Source of the DNA: Basidiobolus meristosporus CBS 931.73
Lineage: Eukaryota > Fungi > Basidiobolomycota
Assembly (NCBI GenBank): GCA_002104905.1
Contig: MCFE01000062.1
Span: forward strand, 128,484 to 192,483
DNA length: 64,000 nt
Direction: 5' to 3'
Both the position numbers and the translations under genes were made by a program. Position 1 is the stretch's first letter. Each line of letters starts with the position of its first letter. Below, piece after piece: positions 21,965-36,013 of the stretch. The notes under the pieces were generated by a model that did not search any database, had not been told where the DNA came from, and was given only the letters and a program-made list of their open reading frames with translations.

Positions 21965-24739
21965 ATAATAGAATAGTGGGCATCTTGTGACATAAGCCTA
22001 AATCCTTAAAGAGCTCTCTTAACCACATTGCTTTTCTTGTAGCTTCACAGGCTGCCAAATACTCTGCATCTGTGGTGGAGATTAATATGGTTGGTTGCTC
22101 TCTTGAATTCCATGAAATGTCCCTTTACAGTAAAGAAAGGTGTATGCTGTGGTGCATCTTCTGTCTTCCAGGTTTTGTCTGCAATCAGCATCAGAGTGCC
22201 CCACAGGATCCTGTTCTGCATCCTTAAAGGATTACCTTAAACAGATATCAGCAGTTCCTTTTATGCATCTAAAAATCCATTCTACTGCTCCAATATGATT
22301 AGATCCATAGTTCTCATTATGCTAACTGACAGCTCCAGCTGAATATGAGATATTTGGACATGTTCCAAGCATGATGTATCAGATTGCCAACCATAGATTG
22401 GTGATTAAACTTGGGGCTTTCAGATGGCACCAAGCTGATGTAATTTAGTTGAGTTTTGACCTAGTTAAAGTTTGTCTCCGTTGGGGTAGCTGCCAGTTTA
22501 CAGTCTTCCATTTAGTACTTCTTTAGTATATCTTGAATATACCTAGACTGACTTAGGGTGATAGTCTGGGCACTTCTGTCTATGGAAAACTTTATCCCTA
22601 AGTAGTAACTAAGCTACCCTAGATTGTACATCTTGAACTCCTTAGACAGGCTTGATTTAGTCTCTTCCAATGTTTTTTTGTTATCAGTGGCTGTAATAAG
22701 ATCATCCATATATAGTGCTAATAGAGATGGATTTGCCCTATCTGGCTTATAGTAGACACTATAGTCAGCAGTACTTAATTGAAACTCAAAGATTCCAAAT
22801 AGGAACTCATCTTGCAATTCCAGGCTCTTGGCAATTATTTCAGACCATATGGAGATTTTCTAAGCTTCCAGATCAAATTGGGGCTATCTTGGTCAACATA
22901 TCTATCTGACTTGTCCACGTACATGTCCTCATAATATTTTCCATTCAAAAATGCAGCTTTTACATCCGTTTGATGAATAAAAACACATATTTGGCTGCAA
23001 TAGCCAAAATCAATCTGATGGAATTAAACTTGGCTACCTGTGCAAAGGACTCAGAATTGTCAAGTCCTTTTGTGTGAGAGTATCCTTTGGCCACAAGTCC
23101 TGGTTTCTATCTGTAGATTGTACCATCAGCTTTGTATTTTGTCTTGAAGACCCATCTACATCCAATTGATTCTTAGTTGATTGGTAATTTGACTAAGTCC
23201 CAAGTCTGATTTTCTATCACAGCCAAATACTCCTCAGTTGTTGCAGATCTCCAAGATTTGTCTGAGGGTGATTTAGGGCCTCTTTTACAGTCTGGGGCTT
23301 ATCAATATGGACTGAATAGGCATAGACTAAGCTTGTACCCTCAGTGATAAAATAATTTGTGTTATTTCTGGTCTGGTTGGATCTCCTAGTTTGTGATACT
23401 GATATGATCACTTCTGGGACATTCCTGGGCATTGATTCATACCAAACTATGGTGGTAGAGTCCTCTGGAGTGATAAAACTATCATTGGTTTGCTCTGATT
23501 CAATTTTGACTATTAGTGGACTTACAGTCAGATTTTTGTCATCATCTGATGTCATTTTTTCTGAAAAATTTGAATTTTCATTAGAAAACACATACCTGGA
23601 CTTGCTCAGCTTCTTTGCCTTGGTATTGCAAAGTCAGTACACCCTACTCTCATTGCAGTAGCCCAAAGATATGCATTTTTCACTTTTTGGCTCAGGTTTT
23701 GACTGATTTCCAGGCAGTTTCTTGTCTTATTCCATGCACCCAAATATTCTTTGATGTTGTGCTTTTGGTTGGTATCCATACCATGCCTCAAATGCAGTAG
23801 AATCACAAGGTACTTTGCTATAACTGCTATTTCTGAGACATATGGGTGTAGTAACTGATCCTGCCCAAAAATCATAGGATTATATTGACCATAGATCATA
23901 AACCTAGCCATATGAATTATTGATTAGTTTACTCATTGCAATACTCCATAATACTGCAGGAAGTATAGTATGGTAGTCCCTTGCTTTTCCCATGAATCTT
24001 AAAGAAGTGGATGAAGGGCTTTGAGGCAAATTCCACCATTGTTGGAGCATAATTTCTTGATTTTTCACCAGTTTCTCTCTAAAATATGGCTTTAAGCTCA
24101 CTGCACTTAGACAGAACTTCTTCCTTTCTTTCTGTGAAGTAGATCCATGTGTATCTTGTATAATATCAATCAAAGAGACTAATTACTTCATCCCTCCTAG
24201 TATTAAATTTTGCATGAGCTCACACAGATCAGAGTTAGTTAGATCTGATTTTTCATATTTTTGATTTACCCAAAGCTCTTGGACAGTTGTCTGGCTTGTT
24301 ACCAATATATGCAGGGCCTCACAGCTCTCCAAATTTGCTGGGGGATCAACTTTTACTCCAGCAATTAGCTGAACCTTGATCATTTGGCGCATTTAATCCA
24401 AGTTGATGTGTCCAAACCTCCTGTGCTAAAGCATTGCTGTTTCTTCATTCTAGTTACATATACTGACTGCCAGATGTGGCATAATATAAGTCAACTAGTA
24501 AAGAATCTGATCTCTCATACCCAAAGCAATATGAGCACCATTTTGATCAGTGATCCTGCATCTAGAATTGTCAAAACCAAAACTGAGTCCTTTGGCTGCG
24601 GCCTTGCTTACAAATAGCAGGCTCTGGGCTATTTCTGGTACACAGAGTACCTCTTTGATGGTATGTGTGAGGCTTCCTTCACTGCTTCCAAGGTTGACTC
24701 AGATAGTTCCTTCTCCAACTACATTAATTGTTCTATTGA

Positions 24740-25249
24740 TGTCATGATCAGGTGACATCCCTAGTCTCCAATTATCTAGCCAAATCAAGTCAGTGAAGAA
24801 ATCCCAGTTCCTTCTAGAAAGTTCTACTACATTCTAGCAACTTCTTGAAAGCTTCAAGTCAATGTTATACAATGGAACATTCTATAGAAGCTTCCCATTA
24901 GAATTTATGCAGTCCCATGCCATATATGGTAGCTATGTGTCACATGACCTTGTCACATGATCAGCTGATCCCTGACATATCTCCATGTGAGATTCCAGTC
25001 TGTTCTGTAGTATATTCTATCTTGGCACACTTACTGTGCCTCACCCCAGAACCCCATCAGTATTAGCCAATATCTCTTGGCATCCATATTTCCAAAAAGT
25101 ATATATAGTGTTATCCCCCTGTATGTATTGCTCAGTCTGATAAGCACAGGTATTGAATAAACAGCCTTGCCTTGTTGATCCACACCCAAGTCCTTTCCTG
25201 GTCCTGCCTTGCCTAGCCCTTCTCTCCTGCCATGTGTCTATTCATAACA
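24740..25249 (+). repeat. Solo LTR of an unrelated family (510 bp) inserted in the Copia 2 protease region
   Basis: TGTCATGA..ATAACA with flanks ATTGA/ATTGT. The uninterrupted homologue at ~28804 reads CTATTGTCACCCAT, so the TSD is ATTGT. Internal TATATATA (~25102) and AATAAA (~25158). Confidence 0.85.
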
Positions 25250-25782
25250 ATTGTCACCCATAAAACCTTCTCAATTGGAATTTCTCAACTTTGGGTTATA
25301 AGTATCCTCTAGAGGGTAGAGTGTTGAGATGCTCCAGAGTTAATATACCAAGTCTGAGAATCCTTGTTTGTAGTTATACTTAGTGCTTATATAAGTAGTC
25401 TATCCTAGTTGTTGCAGCATATTCATATTCAGGTGTCTTTTGCTGATTATATCTTTAGTTGAAGCACCAGTCCAATATGTGTCCTTTCCTTTTGCAGTGG
25501 TTGCAAAACAGATTGCTATTGCCTTTCAAGAATCTTGGGTGTCTACTTTGTTGGTTATCATTGCTTTTTAAAGTATGTTATACTTCCTTCTTATTGGTGC
25601 TTGATTTTCATAATTCTTCATCTAGGGGCCTTCCATATTCATAAATTAACATTGAATCATCAGTTCTGAGCTCTAGGGCTGATTCAGGGCCCTGAAACCT
25701 GTCTGTCAAGTTACTCAGGATGGTAACTATCACATCCTCATTGGTAGTTGGTAGGCCCACAGATTCCATCTCATCCAATGAA

Positions 25783-28700
25783 GGTCACAATAACATGTGT
25801 GTAAATTTTGGTGCTGTTTGGACAACTCTGAGAATTTTCATGTTTTGGGTACCTGGTATTTTGATGAAAATATTCCAAGTAAATCCCAACAAGAATTTTG
25901 GTCAGTATTCCCTAGGATTTGAAGGTAATGATGTAAGTGACTAAGTTAGGTGAATATTTAGGTGGAACTACAAATTTCTACAACATACTCACTTGGCTAA
26001 ATGTTCATACTGACTATTCCTAATTTTGACCTAAGATATTCAAACTTGTCTCTAGCTAATGGTTTGGTAAATATGTTTACAATCATTTCATCTCAAGGAC
26101 AGTAAGCTAAGCTAACTAAGTTATTCTCTATAGCTTGATGTATGAAATGATGTCTGATATCTATGTGCTTAGTTCTAGCATAAAAAGTTGGATTTCTACC
26201 AAATTGTCTACATCCTCTATTATCTTGAAATAAGGTAATAGGCGTTTTTTGACATTTCCTAAATCTGTAAAAGCTTTTTAACCACATTGTTTCTTTTGTA
26301 GCTTTACAGACTATCATATACTCTGCCTCTGTGGTGGAAAGTGCTATGGTTGGTTGCTTCCTTGAATTTCATGAAATTGCTCCTTATCAGTAAAGAAAGG
26401 TGCATCCTATGGTGGATCTTCTGTTTTCTAAATTTCATCCCCAATCAGCTTCAGAGTATCCCACAAGATCCTGTTCTGAATCCTTATAAGTACATTGTAA
26501 GCAGATATCAGCAGTTCCTTTCAGATATCTAAATTCTGCTTAACTGCTGCAATATAATCAGATCCATAGTTCTGATTATGCTGGCAAACAACTCCTACTG
26601 AATATGAGATATATGGATGTGTTTCAAGCATGATGTACATCCAAATTCCATCCATGTATTAATATGGAAAGTCAGGGCTTCCAAATGGCACTAAGCCCTC
26701 TTGATTTGGTTGAGTTTTGACCAAGTTAAGGTTTGTCTCCATTGGGGAAGCTGCCAGTTTAGAGTCTTCCATTTAGTACTACTTTAGTATATCTTGAATA
26801 TACTTGGATTGGCTTAGGGTGATAGCCTGGGTACTTCTGTCTATGGAGAACTTTATTACTAAGTAGTAACTGAGTCTCCTAGATCTGACATCTTGAACTC
26901 TTAAGATAGGCTGGACTTAGTCTCTTACAATGTTGCTAGGTTATTGCTGGCTACAATAAGATCATCTACATATAGAGCTAATAGAGCTGAATTTGCTCTA
27001 TCTGGCTTAGAGTATACACTATAGTCAGCATTACTCCTTTTGAAACTCAAAGATTCCAAATAAGAATCTATCTTGTAATTCCAAGCTCTTGGTGATTGTT
27101 TGACACCATATAGAGATTTTCTAAGCTTACAGACCAAATGGGGGTTATCTTAGTCAACAAACCCATCAGGCTGGTCCACATGCACATCCTCATCAGGTTC
27201 TTCATTCAAAATGCAGCTTTTATATCCATTTGATGCAGTGAGAACATATATTTGGCGGCAATAGCCAATATCAATCTGATGGAATTAAACTTGGCTACCT
27301 GTGCAAAGGTCTCAGTATGGTCAAGTTCTTTTGTTTGAGAGTATTCTTTGGCCACAAGTCTTGCTTTGTATCATTCAATTGAACCATCTCTGTTGTATTT
27401 TGTCTTGAAGACCCATCTGCATCTTTGGGCTATTTCTTGTCTGATTGGATCTCTGGGCATTTGATTCTGGAATGGTCACTTCTGGAATATTCCTGGGCAC
27501 TGATTCAGGCTGAACCACTGTTGTAGAGTACTCTGGAGAGAAAAAGTTTTCATTGTTTTACTCTGATTCAATCCTGACTAATGGTGAACTTGATATCAAA
27601 TTTTTGTCATCCTGTGATGTCATTTTTTGGCAAAATTATGAATTTTCATCAAACAACACATTCCTGGACTTGCTTGCTTCTTTGCTTTGGTACTGTGGAG
27701 TCTGTATGCTTTACTCTCATTGCAGTAGCCCAAAAATATGCATTTTACACTTTTTGGCTCAAATTTTGACTAGTTACTGGGCAGTTTCTTGGCATAAGCT
27801 GTACACCCATATACTCTTAGATGTTCTGCACTTGGTCTGTATTCATACCATGCTTCAAGCAGAGTAGAATCACAAAGTATTCTGTTTTAACTCCTGTTTC
27901 AAAGGTATACAACTGTGGCAACTGTTTCTGCCCAAAAATCATAGGATAATCTTTGATCATGGATCATTGATTGTGCCATATCAATTACCAATCTGTTTGC
28001 ACATTCTGCTACTTCATTTTGCTGTGGGGAGTGTGGTACAGTAGTCTCTTACTTTATCCCATGAATTTTGCAGAAGTGGATGAAGAGTTTTGAGGTATAT
28101 TCTCCACCATTGTCAGAGTGTGTTTTCTTGATTTTTTCACTAGTTTCTCTCTCCACCATGGCTTTAAACTCCCTGAACTTAGACAGAGCTTCTTCCTTTC
28201 TCTCCATGAAGTAGACCCACATGTATCTTGTATAATTGTCAGCAAAAGTGATCAAATACTTCATCCCACCTAAGGATATATTTTGCATAGTTCAACACAG
28301 TTAGGAGTGAATTAGATCTAATTTTTTCTTAGTTTTGATCAGCCCAGAGCTCTTGAACAGTTGTCTGGCTTGTTTACCATATATGCAGGCTTCACAGTAC
28401 TCCAAACTAGCTGGGGATTCAGTTTTTACTCCTGATATTAGATGTCTTTACTCATTTGTGCAAATAATCAAAATTGATGTGTCCAAATCTCCTATGCCTA
28501 AGCATTGGTGTTTCTTCATTCAAGTTGCTTATATTGGCTTCCAGGTATGATGGAATATAAGTTAATATATAAAGATTCTGATCTCTGATACCAAAAGCAG
28601 TATGAGTACCATTTTGATCAGTGATCCTGGATCCAGAATTGTCAAAGCTGAAACTGGATCTTTCTGCTGTGGCCTTGCTTACAGATAGTAGGTTCTTGGC

Positions 28701-29995
28701 TATTTCTGGTACATAGAGTACTTCTTTAAAGGTCAGTGTATGGCTTCCTTTACTGCTTCTAAGGTTTACTTGAATATATCCTTCTCCCACTGCATCTAGC
28801 GCTCTATTGTCACCCATGAAAACCTTCTTAATTGGAATTTCTTGATACTGGGTAAAAAGTTCTTTTTGGTGTGTAAAGTGTTGAGATGCTCCAGAGTCAA
28901 CATACCATGTCTTAAAGTCCTGGTTGGTGGTCCTATGTAGTGCAGATATGAATAGTCTATCTTAAGATGTTGCAGCATTTCAATATTCAGGCTTTTTCTG
29001 CCAACTATCTCTTTTTTCAAGCACCAGTCTGATGTGTGTCCTTTCTGCTTGCAGTAGTTGCAAAACAGGTTGCTGTTGCCTTTGTAATGTCTTGGGTATC
29101 TCCTTTGCTGATTATCACTGCTTATTAAAGCATCTTCTTCCTTCTTATTGGCACTTGATTTTCTTAATTCTTCATCCAGGAGCCTTCCATGTACATAATT
29201 AAGGTCAAATCTTCAGTTCTGGAGTCTGGGGCTGATACAAGGCCCTGAAACTTCTCTGTCAGGCTATTCAGGATGGTTACCATCACACCTTCATCAGTGG
29301 TTGGTACACCCACAGATTCCATCTCATCACCAGCAGGGTTGTTCTGTTAGTAAGATTTTTCATTTCTTTGCCTGGCTGCATCTTTGTAGTGAAGAATTTT
29401 TGTCTCAGATATATTTTGTTTGCAGCTAAACATGACTGGTAGGTGTCTTCTAATGCCTTCCAGGCATTTTTTGCTGTTTTTGCTCTTGAGTATTGAATGA
29501 GCAGTTTTTCTTTGACATTAAGACATATGCAGCTAAAGGCACTTTGTTCTTTCTTCTAATACTTTAAGGCTTCCTCTTCCACATTTTTAGGAGGGCATTC
29601 TTCTCCCATGACAATATCCCAAAGGCCTCTTTCTTGAAACAGCATCTTCATCTTCACCTTCCACACTAGGTAGTTAGATCCATCTAACTTTTCAGCAGAG
29701 AGAAAAGTTCCAGTAATAGCGGTAGTAGACATTACAGAGAGTGAGAGTTTGGGGCTCATAACCTGTTGTAAGAGTTGTAGTAATATTGGAAGTAATTTGG
29801 GAGGACAAGTAGATTATGTGGTTTTCACTTAATGATTTATTGAATGTAAATGTAGTATATATACTTTTACATGGTCTTGACATAACAAACATGTGGAACA
29901 TGGTTAGGAAGCTTAGAAGAGCATGTGTGCAAAGTTTAGGGCTGTGTGGACAACTTTGAGAATCTTCATGTTCTGAGCACCAGGTGTTTTGGTTT
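25783..29995 (-). mobile_element. Copia element 3, near full length but stop/frameshift-damaged; both LTRs partial
   Basis: 5' LTR from 29764; PBS GGTTATGAGCCC 29752-29763; gag EKLDGSNYLVWKVKM; CCHC; protease; integrase YLITFADNYTRYMWVYFM..SDNGGEY; RT CKLRKSLYGVKQSPRAW..LYVDDL; RNase H RTKHIDIRHHFI; 3' LTR remnant ending CAACA at 25985. Confidence 0.95.
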
Positions 29996-29999
29996 TGTG

Positions 30000-31290
30000 G
30001 CGCAATGGAAAGTAGCGCCAATGTTCTTCCAATGGTTTCCACATGTTGTGAGAATTTTAGAGATATTAGGAGTGACTGGGAGAGCCAGTTGACTTTAAGG
30101 GCCCAAAACTTGTGAGCAAAGCTCAGGGTGTATCAGACAACCTGGAAGAATAGTAACCAAGGATTCTAAAAGTAAATCCAAACAAAGTGCTTAGTTGGTA
30201 AACAATTAACATCATAAACTAGGACTTGGAAGACTAAGTGAATGAAAATGGTTTTGTGCATATACAAAATTTTCAATGTCATAAACTTGAGTAGAAAAGC
30301 TTGAGGCTTACAAATGTGCTGTACTAGTGTCAATATTCACCTTGCACCTAAACTATTCATATACCTATAGATTTTACTTGATATATTACTAAACAATGTA
30401 TTATTTACTCAAGACTTAATTTGCAACATATCAGCTAATTCTTATAATCAGCAAAGGTCTGCAAGTTATTAAGAACTTCAGGCTTATCCAAAAGCCCACA
30501 GGAATTTTTTGAAACAACCTTATCATTAGTTATACAGGGCTTTCTTATAATTTCAATTGCTTTATTTGTGCTCAGTGAAATAAGTGAGTTTCATGAAATT
30601 CTTCTAGTCTTCCAAGTCACATCAATGCTTGATATATTTATGTTGCAAATATGGGGAGCCCATGATGCTAAGCTATAGATACATCAACAAATACATATCA
30701 AAGAGCATAATAATATATTGGCATTGTGCAAGTACCTCCAAATCAATCACCACCACTAAGCAGCACTGATTCTCATAATCTGGGTGCTTGACACCATGGT
30801 GAAAATATTCCAAGTGAACTCAACTAGGAGTTTGTACTGGTAATAGTAAAGTTTACAAAGTAGGGCCCAAGTAATTAAGTCAATATAACTTTAGGTGTGA
30901 ATTCAAGATTTTACACTGCAAGCATCCATGCTGAAGTACAGGATGTGTTACAAATGACAGTTGCTTTGGATCTCATGCCTGAAATAATTCAATGTGCCCA
31001 TTCTTCTGACAATTGTCTTTATGGATGAGTAAAAGTTCCACATCCCAAAAGATTTATTTGAACTCAATACAGAGAGTGAATCTAATGCAAACCTTTCACT
31101 CCACCAAATCACTTCCACTGCATATCATGATCCTGGAACAACCCCAAGGTTACTTCTATATACAGGTATGGCATCAAAAAAGCTACTCCTACATATATAG
31201 TAGTGTAGTTGAGAACAGGTTACTTACATTTTGTCTTGAAGCTGAATGGAGTCTTGCAATGGGGCATATAGCTAAGGCCAGATATATGTA
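30000..31290. repeat. Highly decayed CpG-poor repeat debris, including an LTR fragment near 30780-30920
   Basis: CpG-depleted, no coherent ORF; partial match to the Copia LTR (ATGGTGAAAATATTCCAAGT..TTAGGTG). Confidence 0.45.
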
Positions 31291-31299
31291 TATATCCGG

Positions 31300-33250
31300 A
31301 TTTAGGATTCCTTATGCAAATCGACTTTATCTATCCTTATAAGATGCGAAGAACGGAAGTGAAAGATCGATTTGATTGATCGAAGATATTGACCATATAC
31401 ACAGATAAATATATGGGTCAATGAGTAATAAACTATTTCCTGCATACTCAGTGCTTTGAGGCTATTTTTGCAAGATCTTCTTGGCAATTGTTCGTAGCGG
31501 AAGCGTATCGAAAAGAGCGAAAAGTCGGGAAATCGCCCGAAGGACACCAAGCATTGCGCGCACCTTTCTGCAAGCCTCTATCCATACAATCATTCTGTCA
31601 GTTTTCGGCATAGAGTATGAATGCTCTACATCTGCTCGATTCGCCGTCAAACGAAAGCGCTCCTTTCGGATTCACACCAAATCCCTTCCAGATCCCGAAA
31701 ATGGAAAATCCATGTAAGACCATTTGGCAAGCCCACCTATCACCAGGCAACAAAAGCCCATGTTCTCTCTGATCTGTGGGGTGCAAAGGCCCGCCCTAAG
31801 CTTTTATTAGCCATGGCAGGCAATCAGTAGCTTTCGCATAGGGACCGTGGCTGGATTGTTCGATTGCGATTACACGCGGTAGCAGATAATCATGGTAGAA
31901 TTGTAGACACTTGCATACTAATGTTTGTGTTGCGATGAAATGATGGATTTTTCCTTCTTGGCAAAACCAAAGATCATTATTGTGGTCTGAATATTCCATG
32001 ATTGCGATGAAATGGTGGTGTTGGAGATACTAGGAAGCTCATCGGGCAGTAACACGGATTATTCCAAATAGCGGCATCTGGATAATTGAAATCAATCACT
32101 TCTATAATCAGCTGGTAGTCTGAATACCTTTATCGCGATCTAGTTCCATCATCAGATCTCAAGGCTCCCAAAGCCAGCTCTAAGTGGAAGGTAAAAGTCC
32201 AGAATTCTGTGGGTGTTGGACACGCCTTTGCACAATACAGCTTGCAAGAGCCAAGTCAGTAGCTTGGTGTTGCAAATAAACTCCAGCTTTTCTGTGTATT
32301 GAGTATATATCGATGGTGGAAAGACAGATGAGTGTGTGTGCTATGGAACCATAATGTATCTCCCTGGGTTTAATCAATACATAAATATCAGGATGCACAA
32401 TCTCCACTAGAATAGATACATCAAATGGTCAAACATTAAATGATCCCAAACGTTTTGCCACGTTGCCGTTCTGGATCTCTGCAGCTTTTGCTGACAGAAG
32501 TGTCGTTGGGACAACCAGCTGGTGCGTTTGGTCCAGAGTCAGTTGGGAATGAGTTGCCCAGCAAGGACGGCGTGTGCTTAAAGCACCTTGGGTCGATGAG
32601 AACAGCATATTCCTTGCTTGGGACCGAATGGTGCGCAACTCGGGGTTTCTCAATCCGTTAGTCATTGCAAATATTCCGGAAGTTCTCACAATTCCAAAGC
32701 GGAGTAGTGAGGAATACTTGGCTCAATGAGAGGTGCTTTGTTGGCAATATGCCAAGTACACATATACACTGACGAAGCCTCACCCAGGGTCACTTATTTG
32801 GATGGCTTATTGGCCTTTGCATCTCCATTTAGCATAATTTTCGCTTCTCCCTTAGGACAAGAAATGTTTAGCATATATACTTCACGAGGTGTTTGCACCG
32901 TATTAGCTATGTTTCAACAGCGGCTGGATTAGGCAAGGGTTGTGGATGCGCAGCCTCACAGTCAATTGCACAGTACAAGGCACTAGTATTCAGTTACAAG
33001 ACCGTTTAGTGACTTGATTTCACGACGGTTCTTGGCACGCAGCTCGGAGCAAGAGTCGCAGTAAGAAAATCGATTTAGGTTATGTGATGGGCGGGGTGTG
33101 CCATTGCCAAGAAATTGGTTGTTACCTAGATTATATCGGAAATACCCAATACAGTGGCATTTGGGATTATTGGATTCTCCGGTTGCTAGCATTGACGGGA
33201 TCCAACAGAATCTCGCTTCACCAGCCACTTTGGCATTCTATATATTCTCT
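31300..33250 (-). pseudogene. Unassigned degenerate coding-like region
   Basis: Protein-like frames with isolated stops (IRENMGFCCLVIGGLAKWSYMDFPF..DLV*IRKERF; KANKPSK*VTLGEAS..LIEP) and an intron-like segment with a CTAAC branch point near 32650. No family recognised. Confidence 0.25.
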
Positions 33251-33373
33251 GTCTAACTGCCTCAACCATTCAACAAATCTTCTCTGAACAGACCCTCTTG
33301 TTTTCACCTAGAATTGAGACTCTTCCCAAACCGTCTTCCCCGACCACCCTTCTTCAAAATTCGCTTCCAAATT

Positions 33374-34426
33374 ATGCATCGGTTCTTTGGCACCAACAAG
33401 AAAAAGGAAAAACCAACGTTGGCGGGTGCCATCGCCACGGTGAGTATCACTGCGCTTCAGCCGGCCTACCCTTTTCCTCAAACACATATTAATATCCAGC
33501 CACCTTTCTTGGGTTGAACCAGGCTGATGAGCGAGTTAGCTCTATCGATAGCAAAATCAAAGCACTCGATATTGAGTTGGCCAAATACCGGGAACAAATG
33601 AAACTCATGCGCGAGGGGCCAACCAAGGTAAGCACTGCCGATGTAAGCAGCAAGCCGATATTTTCTAACCTTCCACCAAAAGAATGGTATAAAAGCCAGA
33701 GCCATGCGGATACTGAAGCAGAAGAAAATGTCGGTAAGCCATGAGGTCGAGGATACGGAGCAATATTAACTTTCTTCCGGACTTAGGTATGAAGGCCAGA
33801 GGGACCAAATGCAGCAACAGGTGTTCAATATGGAGCAAACTAGCTTTGCCACTGATAATCTGCGAGATACCATCTTGACGGTAGAAGCCATGCAAACTGC
33901 CAACAAAGAACTAAGAAGCCATTACAAGAAAGTCAATATTGATAAGATTGAGGTAGTTTCTTGCTAATTTGGGCTCGCATTTCAACCGTACCAACCCATC
34001 TCTGCGATACAAGGATCTTCAAGATGAGATGGCCGACTTATTAGAACAAGCCAATGATGTCCAAGAGGCTTTGAGTAGGACATATGGACTTCCGGAAGAT
34101 ATAGATGAAGTAGATCTTGAAGCAGGTAAACACTCAAGCTGCTATTTGCCAACGCAAGCCATTTGAAATTAACGCCAATCTCATTAGAGCTGGAAGCTTT
34201 GGGAGATGAGCTCCTGTTCGAGGAAGAAGAAACACCTTCATACCTACAAGACAACACAGCACTGCCAGAATTTCCCGAGACTCCCGGCCTCCGTGAGCCA
34301 AACAAAAGGCAAGATGTTTCGTTGGATGAATTGGGTAAGCATTTGTTAGTGATAATCAAATCACCTGAGCGCCGCTGATATTATCCACTTCCAGGTTTAC
34401 ACAATACCCCTATTAAAACAGCTTGA
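33374..34426 (+). CDS. VPS60: ESCRT-III accessory subunit Vps60/CHMP5 (Snf7 family), 7 exons
   Basis: Spliced product [22 protein letters not shown]|[35 protein letters not shown]|[15 protein letters not shown]|[37 protein letters not shown]|[37 protein letters not shown]|ELEALGDE..|[10 protein letters not shown]. All six GT-AG introns are phase-consistent. Confidence 0.95.
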
Positions 34427-34880
34427 ATTACCGGGAGAATGATGCATTGTATTCCCTAGGGATCCACCCATATTATGTCGTGTCAGCAACAGGTAATGCT
34501 CGAGAAATTGTACCTGCACTCACTACGAACACACTGCAACGAAAGTCCCATGCGCACTAGCTTGGTATTTATTTCAACTGGAGACGAGTTTTATCTACAT
34601 CCAGAAAGATTCCTTGTGCCATAATATCATATACTTGGGTTGAATAAATAAAGGATATTGGATGTTGGTGACTTCAGCACTAGCGCACTGAATACTTGTG
34701 ATAAACGAAATAGGCTTGGTGTCTGGTGTGAATCAAAATTGGCATTGTTGGAGAGAAGCAAATGATACCAGATCCATTCAAGGAATGTTTGTTGGTTTGT
34801 TCGTGTGTGGATTCACGCCGGGTTTCCCAATTGCATTTCCATTATAATTACTATTACAGATCGATTATTATAAACCCAGC

Positions 34881-36013
34881 TCACATGTACCCTAGCTTTC
34901 GTTTCAGCGACTCCAGTTGACGGCGGGATTGGTAGAGCTCGTGCGTTCTCTCCGTCAGTATATGGATCAACTCGTCGCGAGAGGCATTTTGGGTGTTCTT
35001 GCAAGAGTCCAATAGCTCGATACAGTTCCGGTCCACATCCTCGAACATCCCAGAGTGTTCAGTCAATGGTGCGCTAATGAAGCGGCGGATGTTGTTCTGA
35101 CTTCGGTCATTTTTGGCTCCTGTCACATAAAGGATTACCAACGCATCTGTCTCCTGGTGAAGTCTGGCCGCCTACATCAAAGTGCCATGTTATTTCATTC
35201 GGTTTCGATTCGCAGGCTTATTGAAGTCTTGACATACCCTTTGAACAAGTTCCTCAGATAGGGCCGAGATGTCGGAACCTCGCCGTTGGGCATCTGTGGT
35301 GGTTAATTGGATGTCAGTGGACATCACGAACTAAATCGAGCGCTTTAAAGTACCTGGAAGAGAATAACCTCCTACGATAGTGCTTGGGCCAAATTCAGGG
35401 TTCCTTCAAAAAGTTGCACCAAGGCGTGAGTTCAAGCTTACTGATATCACAGAAGTATATATGATATTTACTGAGTTGGCATCTCGTTGCCGCCAACCGG
35501 AAACCCATTACTAATGGGGAGCTTGGGAAGAGGGGTGCTTTCCCCTAACGGCGAACAAGCTCAGTTAGTAATTCATCAGAAATACTGGGCTTGTACTCGT
35601 ACCATTGCTACGAAAAGCCTGGGGCTGTTGTGCCGGATGAGAAAATGTAGCAGCGGGCGGTGGGTTTACGACTTGTCTCGGTAACACTCCATTACTAACG
35701 AGCGGAGGTCCCTGAATTACACTTAGATGGGAAAGCGAGAATATATCAGGAATAAACGTCAGGAAAGTCTCAATCGGTGTTAACATAATACTTGTTGGGT
35801 GGCTGTGATGCGGATAGGGGAACGCTTGAATCACTCTGGCTACTCAATGTGAAACGGATTAATATAGAGTGACAGCAAGGGATGACCAACAGGCCCGCAA
35901 TATTTCTACCTGTCTTCTTCAACTTTTGCATCTATTTTGACGGCAGGATCGCCAAATGGGCATATATGACCTTTCCTTGGTTGCTTACACTTTGAACAGA
36001 TTTGAACGCGCAT
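34881..36013 (-). CDS. Hypothetical ~246-aa protein, 7 exons: N-terminal CxxC..GHxC zinc-knuckle-like motif, P/S/Q-rich linker, C-terminal MADS-like/coiled-coil region
   Basis: Exon 1 (36013-35910) MRVQICSKCKQPRKGHICPFGDP. Six GT-AG introns join without frameshift or stop to the last exon AARLHQETDALVILYVTG..RRFISAPL..ELIHILTERTHELYQSRRQLESLKRKLGYM*. Confidence 0.75.

Larger units (their letters stand above)
21059..25780 (-). mobile_element. Copia element 2 (same family): 3' LTR 21059-21369, RNase H, RT, integrase, protease, gag C-terminus; interrupted by two solo LTRs; 5' end deleted
   Basis: ADIFTKP followed by purine tract AGATGAGAAGGAG next to the LTR; RT remnant STADYSVY..LLALYMDDL (22614-22817); integrase and protease homologous to 27500-28900; knuckle FCNHCKRKGHILDWC at ~25470-25515. 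Confidence 0.9.
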
